Shown here one piece after another: positions 15,839 to 23,008 of a stretch of DNA of 32,000 bases. The translations under genes and the position numbers were made by a program. A model generated the notes under the pieces. It saw only the letters and a list, made by a program, of their open reading frames with translations, searched no databases and was not told where the DNA came from. Each line of letters begins with the position of its first letter. Positions within the stretch are counted from its first letter, which is position 1. This DNA comes from Candidatus Saccharimonadota bacterium (GTDB lineage Archaea; Micrarchaeota; Micrarchaeia; Micrarchaeales; Micrarchaeaceae), in the NCBI GenBank assembly GCA_963698035.1, contig OY969114.1, positions 540,001 through 572,000 on the forward strand. Reading direction: 5' to 3'.

Positions 15839-16177
15839 TCAGCTTATCCCTATCAGAATTACCCCTATCGTTATTACAACTATCCCTACCCATCTCAGCG
15901 CCGGCACGCTCTCGGCAAGCACGAAGTAGGCCATCAGCGTGGCAAAGATGTAACTGAGCCCCCCTATGCCGTAAGCCCAGCTGAGATGCACCCTGCTCAA
16001 TATGTAGAAGTAGATAATGGTCGAAAAGCCGTAGACCACTACGCCGAGCGCCAGCCACTCTGCAACCAGCCCTATGCCTGAGAGACCGAGCCCGTATTTG
16101 AAGACAACCTGGCCGATTGCGCCAAGAAGGGTTGAGCAGATAAGTGCAAGCGCATACCTCGTTTTGTTTTTTATCAT
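15839..16177 (-). CDS. Small 4-TM EamA/SMR-like (DMT superfamily) membrane protein, second gene of a tandem pair
   Basis: 112 aa. The sequences 'LLGAIGQVVFKYGL' and the C-terminal 'LAESVPALRWVGIVVITIGVILI' resemble ArnE/ArnF-type or paired-SMR half-transporters. Confidence 0.6.
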   Translation of the reverse strand: MIKNKTRYALALICSTLLGAIGQVVFKYGLGLSGIGLVAEWLALGVVVYGFSTIIYFYILSRVHLSWAYGIGGLSYIFATLMAYFVLAESVPALRWVGIVVITIGVILIGIS

Positions 16178-16184
16178 CCGACCA

Positions 16185-16553
16185 CTACAACGTAAACGCG
16201 ATTATCACTATACCAAAGAATATCAGCGCCATCCCAGCAACCCTCTTCGAGTTTATCTTCTCCTTGAGCACGAAAACCGACAGTATCGTCACGAATATGA
16301 AGGTGCTAGCGAAAGTCGGGTATACTATGGAGAGCGGAGCCTTTGCGAGCGCGTACAGGTATACCACAAGGCTGAACGCGTATCCCGCCAGGCCTATAAG
16401 TATCGGCTTTCTAACAAAGGTGCGCAGCATCTCGCGCACCCCCTCTATCTTTTTTGTCATGCTCTTCTTGTAAAGAGTCTGCGAGAAAGAGGCGATCAGT
16501 GCCGCAACAAGTGTTATTAATATTACTAGATAGATATCCATTAATCTCCCCAT
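16185..16553 (-). CDS. Small 4-TM EamA/SMR-like (DMT superfamily) membrane protein, first gene of the pair
   Basis: It has the same architecture ('...FVLKEKINSKRVAGMALIFFGIVIIAF'). The start is uncertain: the ATG at 16553 or 16541 is more plausible than the track start at 16622, whose first 23 aa are non-membrane and low-complexity. Confidence 0.55.
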   Translation of the reverse strand: MGRLMDIYLVILITLVAALIASFSQTLYKKSMTKKIEGVREMLRTFVRKPILIGLAGYAFSLVVYLYALAKAPLSIVYPTFASTFIFVTILSVFVLKEKINSKRVAGMALIFFGIVIIAFTL

Positions 16554-16563
16554 CGGTGTATTC

Positions 16564-16806
16564 GTGCAGCCAAATGAACTCCTAGGACTCGCGCTTTCCG
16601 TCGTAACGATCGCGCTATTCATAATCGCACTAATCTTATTTATAAACTATGGTGGTAGCGCCAAGTTCTATGTGGTCGTGATCGCGGCATTAGTCATCGG
16701 CGTCCTCAACGCATGGATAATATCAAAGGAGGGCCGCAGGCGCAGTGCTCCTCGGGCAGCTGCCCCGCGAAAGAGGAGGGGTGCGAGAAGAGGAAGCCGC
16801 AGATAG
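16564..16806 (+). CDS. Hypothetical small membrane protein (2 TM helices + Arg-rich tail)
   Basis: 80 aa with a GTG start. There are two clear hydrophobic helices, then 'SKEGRRRSAPRAAAPRKRRGARRGSRR'. It has no recognisable family and its Arg codon usage is mixed. Confidence 0.35.
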   Translation: MQPNELLGLALSVVTIALFIIALILFINYGGSAKFYVVVIAALVIGVLNAWIISKEGRRRSAPRAAAPRKRRGARRGSRR

Positions 16807-16815
16807 CATGGTTCC

Positions 16816-19005
16816 ATGGATACATTGATAATCGCAGAGAAACCGAGTGTCGCCCTAAGGGTCGCAACCGCGATAGGCGGCGGCAAGCAGCTCCAGAAGC
16901 GCACGAGCGAGAAGGTAAGCTACTATGAGATAAGGGGCAAGGAAACGGTTTACATAGCGGCTGCGGTGGGCCACCTCTTTACGATTAAGCAGAAGGACAA
17001 GGAGAGGGGCTATCCGACCCTGGAGGTGGAGTGGGCTCCATCCTACTCTGTAGGCAGGGGCTCTGAATACACGAAAAAATATCTCGACGCGCTGGTGTCG
17101 CTATCGAGGCACTGTGACAAGTTCATAAACGCGTGCGACTACGATACCGAAGGGACGGTCATCGGCACCAACATAATAAAGTTCCTGAGCCACGGCATGC
17201 TCAGGCAGAACGCAAGAAGGATGAAGTTCTCCACAACTACAAACCAGGACCTCATCGAGGCGTACGCCGCCCTGTCGCCGCTAGACATAGACAACTTCTA
17301 CGCCGGGGAGACAAGGCACATACTGGACTGGCTATGGGGAATAAACCTGAGCAGGGCGCTGACGCACGCCCTAGTAGGAAAAAGCTTCAGCAAGTCACTC
17401 AGCACAGGAAGGGTCCAGGGGCCCACTCTCGCTCTCCTCTCAAGGCACGAGCAGAGCATAGAGAGATTCGTGCCAAGGCCATTCTGGAGAATAATGGTCA
17501 TGGCAGACAATGTTGGATTCTTGAACTCCAGGGGCGATATATTCGATAGGCATGCTGCCAGGGGGGCGTACGAGCGCACAAAGCAGTCGTCATCAAAGGC
17601 CGTAATCGAGAGCATAGACGCGGTTGAGAGGAAGGTTTATCCATATCCTCCGTTCGATCTCACCTCGCTGCAGATGGAGGCGAGCCGCGCACTGAGGATA
17701 GACCCGTCAAGGACGCTCGCTCTTGCGCAGTCGCTCTATGAGAGGTCCTACATATCCTATCCAAGAACCTCATCGCAGAAGCTGCCTCCTACGTTAGGGC
17801 TGCAAAGGATAATATCGGAGGTCTCGAAGAACCCGGAGTACGAGAAGCTCGCAAAGAAGCTTATACAGTCAAAAAGATACACGCCGAGGGAGGGCGCAAA
17901 GACTGACGAGGCTCACCCTGCAATATATCCGACAGGAATAATCCCCGAAGGCATAACAGACGAGGAGTTGCGGCTCTACGACATGATAACGAAGAGGTTC
18001 CTCTCCTGCTTCGCGGATTCTGCCACTGTGGCAAGGCTCCGCGTAGTGGCAGACATAGGTGGAGAGAAATACGTCGCGAACGGCGCAAAGATAACAGACC
18101 AGGGATGGCTCGGCTTCTACGATTACACAAAATTGGAGGAGAGGGAACTGCCAGCGTTTAAGAAAGGGGCGAAGCTCTTTGTATCGGGCGCAGACCTCAA
18201 GGAGATGCAGACGCAACCGCCTAAGAGGTACTCCAAGGCGACGCTGCTGTCGGAGCTCGAGAAGAGGAACCTGGGCACCAAGGCGACCAGAGCATCGATA
18301 ATAGACACCCTTTTCAAGAGGAACTACATAGAGGGCACAAGCATAAAGGTAACTAAGTTCGGGATGAGCGTCTACGATGCGCTGGAGAAGAACTGCAAGA
18401 TGATTGTGGATGAGGAGACCACCAGGAGGCTCGAGGAGGACATGGAGGATATATCAAAGGGAAAGAGGACGGAAGCCGATGTGATAGACGAGGGCAAGCA
18501 GCTGCTCCTCCAGGCGCTGAAGACCTTCGACGAGCACAAAACTGAGATCGCCGAGGCGATGAGGAAGGGTCTCTACGAGAGCGAGATACTCGGGAAGTGC
18601 CCGAAGGACGGCGGCAGCCTCGTGATAAAGAGGTCGAGGATGGGCAAGACCTTCGCTGCATGCGCCAACTATCCCAAATGCACGAACACATATTCGCTAC
18701 CGCAGGGCGCTTTGATAGTCCCAACCGGCAAGAACTGCGAGCACTGCCACACACCGATAATAAAAGTGATCGGGAAAGGAAAAAGGCCGTTCGAGATGGA
18801 TCTTGATCCAAATTGCATTACAAAGAAGGACTGGAATCCATTTGGCGTGCAGGTGCAGAAGGTGGAAGTCGCATCGCCAAAGCCAGTGGGCGAGATTGCA
18901 GCTACAGAGGCACCAAAGCAAAGGGCGAGGAAGGCAACGAAGCCGAAGCCTGTGTCGAAGGCGAGAAAGGCGAAGGCTGCTAGGGAAAAGGGAGTGGTCG
19001 AATGA
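16816..19005 (+). CDS. topA: Type IA DNA topoisomerase (archaeal TopA / topoisomerase III-like) with C-terminal zinc ribbons
   Basis: The Toprim start is 'LIIAEKPSVA'. The active-site Tyr lies in 'YISYPRTSSQKL'. Zinc ribbons are 'CPKDGGSL...CANYPKC' and 'CEHCHTP'. The tail is Lys-rich. Confidence 0.93.
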   Translation: MDTLIIAEKPSVALRVATAIGGGKQLQKRTSEKVSYYEIRGKETVYIAAAVGHLFTIKQKDKERGYPTLEVEWAPSYSVGRGSEYTKKYLDALVSLSRHCDKFINACDYDTEGTVIGTNIIKFLSHGMLRQNARRMKFSTTTNQDLIEAYAALSPLDIDNFYAGETRHILDWLWGINLSRALTHALVGKSFSKSLSTGRVQGPTLALLSRHEQSIERFVPRPFWRIMVMADNVGFLNSRGDIFDRHAARGAYERTKQSSSKAVIESIDAVERKVYPYPPFDLTSLQMEASRALRIDPSRTLALAQSLYERSYISYPRTSSQKLPPTLGLQRIISEVSKNPEYEKLAKKLIQSKRYTPREGAKTDEAHPAIYPTGIIPEGITDEELRLYDMITKRFLSCFADSATVARLRVVADIGGEKYVANGAKITDQGWLGFYDYTKLEERELPAFKKGAKLFVSGADLKEMQTQPPKRYSKATLLSELEKRNLGTKATRASIIDTLFKRNYIEGTSIKVTKFGMSVYDALEKNCKMIVDEETTRRLEEDMEDISKGKRTEADVIDEGKQLLLQALKTFDEHKTEIAEAMRKGLYESEILGKCPKDGGSLVIKRSRMGKTFAACANYPKCTNTYSLPQGALIVPTGKNCEHCHTPIIKVIGKGKRPFEMDLDPNCITKKDWNPFGVQVQKVEVASPKPVGEIAATEAPKQRARKATKPKPVSKARKAKAAREKGVVE

Positions 19006-19631
19006 TGGTTCCGCCAAGCTATAGAAAATTGAAGAGGGGTCCACAGGTAATACTGCCAAAGGACATAGGGATTATAATCGCTTATACAGGAATTGGCAAG
19101 CGGAGCCTCTGCGTAGACGCCGGGACAGGCAGCGGGTGGCTAGCCGTCTCATTGGGCAGAGTCGCTGGGAGAGTCGTTAGCTACGACATAAGGGATGATT
19201 TCCTTAAGATTGCGCAGAGAAATATTGAAATCGAGCAGCTTGACAACGTAGAATTGAAGAAAGGTGATGTTACAAAAAAAATAGAAGAGAAAGAAGCAGA
19301 CCTGGTCACGCTCGACTTTGCGAACTCGGACAAGGCGCTGAGGAATGCAAGAAAGGCGCTCAAGGATGGCGGGCATGTTGTAGGTTACCTGCCGCACATG
19401 GAACAGGTGAAAAAGTTCGTATCGACACTGGAGAAGCTGAAGTTTTCCAACATATACACAATAGAGATTATAGTCAGGGACATGTTGGTGAGAAAGGAGG
19501 GAATGAGGCCCTCCACCAAGGGCGTATGGCACACAGGCTATCTTGTATTCGGGCAGAAGCAGGCCGAGCGAGCTACCGCTCAGGGGTCTAAAAAGTGTGA
19601 CGTATGCAGTGCATACGCCACGGGTGGATGA
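19002..19631 (+). CDS. trmI: SAM-dependent methyltransferase, TrmI/Gcd14-like tRNA (adenine-N1) methyltransferase
   Basis: It carries 'KRGPQVILPKDIGIIIAYTGI' followed by the SAM motif 'VDAGTGSGWLAVSL' and 'VVSYDIRDDF'. The ATG overlaps the topA stop (ATGA). Confidence 0.68.
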   Translation: MMVPPSYRKLKRGPQVILPKDIGIIIAYTGIGKRSLCVDAGTGSGWLAVSLGRVAGRVVSYDIRDDFLKIAQRNIEIEQLDNVELKKGDVTKKIEEKEADLVTLDFANSDKALRNARKALKDGGHVVGYLPHMEQVKKFVSTLEKLKFSNIYTIEIIVRDMLVRKEGMRPSTKGVWHTGYLVFGQKQAERATAQGSKKCDVCSAYATGG

Positions 19632-19744
19632 GAATAGGGTTGTTGTAGAATACGCGTTAGCGTTAAAAAATGTGACTTAGAGTATTCGTTTAGGAGCATA
19701 TAAAAGGGTTTCGCCAGATGTCGTATACGACTGTAAATGTGGTT

Positions 19745-20071
19745 TTATCTGCCTCTGGCGCCTGCCTTGTACCTCTTTATGAGCTCTATGGCGTGGTCTA
19801 TCGCCTTCCTTACATCGCCGACAGTCCTCGCGCCGGTGCAGATTATTTTGCCATTCTTGAAAAGGAGGAGCGCCGCCTTCGGATCGTGAACCTTGAATAT
19901 CGCTCCTGGGAACTGCTCGGGCTCGTAGTCGACGTCCCTAGACAGCTTTGCCAAGCCGTAAAGATCAAGGTCTGTATTCAGCTCCGTATTGGCCACTATG
20001 TTGACTATAATGTAAGTGGGTTTCAGCACTACCGGCTTCTTGCCGTGTGACTTGGAGCTTTTTGCTGCCAT
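19745..20071 (-). CDS. Single-repeat TATA-box-binding-protein domain protein (half-size TBP, 108 aa)
   Basis: 'IVNIVANTELNTDLDLYGLAKL..DVDYEPEQFPGAIFKVHDPKAALLLFKNGKIICTGARTVGDVRKAI' matches one TBP repeat end to end. The ATG at 20071 is preferred to the TTG at 20089. Confidence 0.85.
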   Translation of the reverse strand: MAAKSSKSHGKKPVVLKPTYIIVNIVANTELNTDLDLYGLAKLSRDVDYEPEQFPGAIFKVHDPKAALLLFKNGKIICTGARTVGDVRKAIDHAIELIKRYKAGARGR

Positions 20072-20088
20072 ATAAAACACACCAATCA

Positions 20089-20111
20089 ATATATCTAAAA
20101 GTATATATATG
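20089..20111. promoter_or_regulatory. AT-rich, near-palindromic TATA region shared by the divergent half-TBP and rpl21e genes
   Basis: The sequence 'AATATATCTAAAAGTATATATAT' sits in the 75-nt divergent spacer. It lies 20-40 nt from the ATG at 20071 (minus strand) and 36-58 nt from the ATG at 20147 (plus strand). Confidence 0.45.
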
Positions 20112-20146
20112 TTCTACAACGAAACCTTTCTGCGAATTGTGATATT

Positions 20147-20449
20147 ATGACAAAGAGATCCCACGGGCTGTTTGTCGGCAGGACAAGGCACCTGGCCAGG
20201 CACCACAAACCCTCAAGGCTCAACACCGGCGCGATAATAAAGGAATTCTCCATCGGCGACATGGTATCCATAGTCCCGAAGGGCAACATGAGGAACATAC
20301 CTCACCCAAGATACAGGGGAAAGACCGGCACCATAATAGAGAAGAGAGGGCAGGCATACGTGGTAACTATAAAAATGATGAGCACCCATAGGACACTGAT
20401 AGTGCCGGCAATACATCTAGAGAAGGTCAAAAGCGCCTCTCCCTCTTAA
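20147..20449 (+). CDS. rpl21e: 50S ribosomal protein L21e (eL21)
   Basis: 100 aa. The sequence 'MTKRSHGLFVGRTRHLARHHKPSRL...FSIGDMVSIVPKG...PHPRYRGKTGTI' is typical of L21e. Confidence 0.93.
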   Translation: MTKRSHGLFVGRTRHLARHHKPSRLNTGAIIKEFSIGDMVSIVPKGNMRNIPHPRYRGKTGTIIEKRGQAYVVTIKMMSTHRTLIVPAIHLEKVKSASPS

Positions 20450-20954
20450 CATACGGTTTTGTGAACATGTAGAAGCGCTCGCCGCCCTGCAGCTCCCTCA
20501 TCACCCTCTCGGTTATAAGCTTTGACGGCTCCTGCAGCAGCGAGACCCTCTTGTTTATGTCTTCGAAACTCTCGAACCTCTTCTCGCTTCTCGCCTTGAG
20601 TATCGCCTCAAGGTGCTTCTTTCCGATTCCGGGAAGAAGCTCAAGCGAATGCTGCCTTATGTTGAGCGGCCCCGCATTGTTGAAAACATCAACGAACCTC
20701 TTCTCGTTCGCTATGATTATCCCACCCACCATCTTCTGCAGGCCGTTCTTCGATGTCTGGGTGAGCTCGTCATACCCTACCCTGGACTTTATCAGCGAGA
20801 CTTTCTCCCTCTCCTCCTTTCCTATGTAAACCTTCTCGCCCTGTGCCATAGTGGCGCCAGGCTTCGGGGTCACCTCCAGCAGGGTGAACCATTCCTCGCC
20901 TATCAGCTGCGCTACAGGTTCGGATTTGTTAGAAAAAGACTTTCCAGTAGGCAT
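20427..20954 (-). CDS. DUF655-family protein (helix-hairpin-helix, putative nucleic-acid binding) of the conserved rpl21e/rpoF/DUF655 neighbourhood
   Basis: It carries 'EPVAQLIGEEWFTLLEVTPKPG', 'NNAGPLNIRQHSLELLPGIGKK' (HhH) and 'ERFYMF'. The true N-terminus probably lies upstream (see findings). Confidence 0.8.
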   Translation of the reverse strand: MPTGKSFSNKSEPVAQLIGEEWFTLLEVTPKPGATMAQGEKVYIGKEEREKVSLIKSRVGYDELTQTSKNGLQKMVGGIIIANEKRFVDVFNNAGPLNIRQHSLELLPGIGKKHLEAILKARSEKRFESFEDINKRVSLLQEPSKLITERVMRELQGGERFYMFTKPYVKRERRF

Positions 20955-21030
20955 GAAGTCAAGGACGTATGCGTACTCCTCTCTTTCTCCTCCTGCATAT
21001 GCTCACTATATTTTTAGGTCCCATTCAAAC

Positions 21031-21361
21031 CTACTTCTGGTTTACTATAGAAAGTACCCTTTTTACTTCTTCATCGGTGAATGTTCTCCTTTCATTTGCC
21101 AGTATCTGCTTAAGCAGCATCTCGCCCTTTGGCATTATGTTGATTATGCTCATGACCGCCTGCCCAGAATAGTATCCCGAGAGCCTCCAGCGCCTTCTTG
21201 GTCTTCTGTTCCGTCACCTTTGCAACTACGAACTTCTTCGCATGCTCCATCGCGATCTGCTGCTCGTAGGTGAGCTCGCGCTCCTTCTTTCTGTCCTCAA
21301 GTATCTCGAGCACCTCGCTCAGGGAAGCATACCCATTCTGCTTCGACTCTTTGCCGATCAT
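21031..21361 (-). CDS. rpoF: DNA-directed RNA polymerase subunit F (Rpo4), reading frame interrupted by one extra nucleotide near 21165-21180
   Basis: The N-terminal part (21110-21361) reads 'MIGKESKQNGYASLSEVLEILEDRKK...YEQQIAMEHAKKF...KKALEAL' and is RpoF-like. The +1 frame continues as 'SGYYSGQAVMSIINIMPKGEMLLKQILANERRTFTDEEVKRVLSIVNQK*', ending at 21031. The total span of 331 nt equals 110 codons plus 1 nt. Confidence 0.75.
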
Positions 21362-21441
21362 CCCACCACTCTACCGATACCCCTAACGTATTTAATACTT
21401 ATAAGTGTTATTCTCTAATTGGGTATATAAAGGTTTTGAAA

Positions 21442-22347
21442 ATGGACCCTAAGCAGGCGTACGAGGCTGTTTTTGAAGAGGTAAAGAAGTACATCGTAGG
21501 CAACGAGGATACCATAAAGCTAATTTTCATAGCGCTCCTCGCCAACGGGCACGCGCTCCTTGAGGGCGTTCCGGGCGTGGCCAAGACCGCCATGACCAAG
21601 GCAATAGCGCAGACGATCGATGCCAGCTTCGGAAGAATACAGGGCATGCCCGACCTCGAGATAAAGGACATAATAGGCTACGCCTATATGGATGAGTCGC
21701 ACAACGTGGCGCTCAAGAAGGGCCCCATATTCAACAACATACTGCTCATAGACGAGCTCAACAGGGCGCCCCCGAAGACCACCACGGCGCTGCTCGAGGC
21801 GCTGGAGGAGCGCCAGGTCACGATTGGCAACTCCACCATACAGCTCGACAGGCCATTCATGGCGATAGCGACTCAGAACCCGCTCAACATAGAGGGGACC
21901 AGCTCGCTGCCCAAGGTCCTCGCTGACAGGTTCCTTCTCAGGATAGAGGTCACGTATCCTTCAATGGATCAGGAGGAGGAGATGCTGCGCATGAAGGAAA
22001 AGGAGGAGATAAAGGTCAATAAGGTACTGAGCAAACCAGACGTCATACAGATGCAGGAGATGTTAAACAGCGTCTCCATGTCAAACGAGGTGGAGGGATA
22101 CATAGCCAGGCTGGTCGACGCCACGAGGAGCGACATCCACGTGGTGATGGGCGCCAGTCCAAGAGCCGAGATAAGCTTCATGAAGTGCGCGAAGGCAAAG
22201 GCGCTCATAGAAGGCAGAAAGGAGATAACCATGGAGGATATAAAGTACCTGGCAAAGCCCGTGCTGAGCCACAGGATCGTTGCCAGGGCTACAGGCGGCA
22301 TAGGAGTAGGAGGAATAATAAGCGGATTGGTTGCTACACTGAGCTAG
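21442..22347 (+). CDS. MoxR-class AAA+ ATPase
   Basis: Walker A is 'LLEGVPGVAKTAMTKA' and Walker B with sensor is 'LLIDELNRAPPKTTTALLEALEERQVTI'. 'FMAIATQNP' and the C-terminal 'ASPRAEISFMKCAKAKALIEGRKEITMEDIK' are typical of MoxR. The ATG at 21442 is preferred to the TTG at 21436. Confidence 0.9.
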   Translation: MDPKQAYEAVFEEVKKYIVGNEDTIKLIFIALLANGHALLEGVPGVAKTAMTKAIAQTIDASFGRIQGMPDLEIKDIIGYAYMDESHNVALKKGPIFNNILLIDELNRAPPKTTTALLEALEERQVTIGNSTIQLDRPFMAIATQNPLNIEGTSSLPKVLADRFLLRIEVTYPSMDQEEEMLRMKEKEEIKVNKVLSKPDVIQMQEMLNSVSMSNEVEGYIARLVDATRSDIHVVMGASPRAEISFMKCAKAKALIEGRKEITMEDIKYLAKPVLSHRIVARATGGIGVGGIISGLVATLS

Positions 22348-22352
22348 GTGCG

Positions 22353-22856
22353 ATGTTGAAACCGTTTCATGAATATCTGAAAAGTGGCGGGGTGCTGGGC
22401 CAGTCTGCCATGGAAAACCTTATCACCTACGCATGGGCGATATTAATTATGGCAATCGTTCTCGGAGTGCTCTTTGCTCTCGGAGTCTTCAGTCCCGGTA
22501 CCTACATAAGCGATACGTGCGCTCTGCCGGCCGGATTTGAGTGCCAGTCATCCATGCTCGCAACCAATGGGCTGCTGACATTCACTGTGGTGCAGTTCAC
22601 CACCACTCCTATAGTGCTGACCGCAGTTGGCTGCAGCTCAAACCAGTCGACCCTCTACAACACCCCCCTCTCGCCGAAGGAAGGGCTCGAGATAGGTGGC
22701 AATGCAACCCTTACGACATTCTGCTACCAGGGTAGCACAATATTCAAAGGCGGCATAGGCTCCGTCTATCACGGTTATCTGGTAATAAACTACACGAACA
22801 ACGTCACGGGCTTGCCGTATCTTGCAGGAGGTGCAGCAGTCTTCAAGATAAAATAG
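22353..22856 (+). CDS. Class III signal-peptide (type IV pilin-like) protein, pilin domain only
   Basis: The N-terminus is 'MLKPFHEYLKSGGVLG|QSAMENLITYAWAILIMAIVLGVL'. The globular part is highly similar to 23009-23500 and shares long identical nucleotide runs. The ATG at 22353 lies 5 nt after the MoxR stop; the track start at 22185 would overlap MoxR. Confidence 0.75.
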   Translation: MLKPFHEYLKSGGVLGQSAMENLITYAWAILIMAIVLGVLFALGVFSPGTYISDTCALPAGFECQSSMLATNGLLTFTVVQFTTTPIVLTAVGCSSNQSTLYNTPLSPKEGLEIGGNATLTTFCYQGSTIFKGGIGSVYHGYLVINYTNNVTGLPYLAGGAAVFKIK

Positions 22857-22918
22857 ACCTTCTCCACCCACAATATCAATAACCTCCACCTGGCTGATCA
22901 AGCCTGAACCCGCTCAAC

Positions 22919-23008
22919 ATCACTTTCCTGCTGCTCTTGAAAGGTCTGCAACCGATGGCAGCTATTTTATAACTTAACTAATATCACATAACACAACCGA
23001 GTGATTGC
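22919..23008 (+). promoter_or_regulatory. Second copy of the conserved intergenic module, with TATA-like ATTTTATAAC at 22964-22973
   Basis: It aligns with 7964-8053 and has the same spacing to the start codon. Confidence 0.5.

Noticed and set aside
15290-16081. 263-aa plus-strand ORF overlapping rps3ae in another frame and running antisense into the EamA-like gene
   Set aside because: The product is Arg/Glu/Gly/Gln-rich and low in complexity, typical of an alternative frame of purine-rich coding DNA. It is fully explained by rps3ae (15264-15833) and the minus-strand gene 15839-16177.
18353-18811. 152-aa minus-strand ORF (Ser/Arg/Pro-rich) and neighbouring antisense ORFs inside topA
   Set aside because: They are shadow ORFs of the GC- and purine-rich topA coding strand.
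19696-19731. TATA-like 'CATATAAAAGGG' and a 12-bp palindrome GTCGTATACGAC (19720-19731) just downstream of the half-TBP stop, with the antisense ORF 19718-20050
   Set aside because: The palindrome could be a 3' hairpin for the TBP-domain gene. The antisense ORF has no coding signature. I have no evidence for an antisense promoter beyond AT-richness.
22185-22352. Upstream in-frame extension of the first pilin-like ORF (track start 22185)
   Set aside because: It would overlap the last 160 nt of the MoxR gene and put ~55 aa of basic, non-signal sequence in front of the class III signal peptide. The ATG at 22353 gives a normal short leader.
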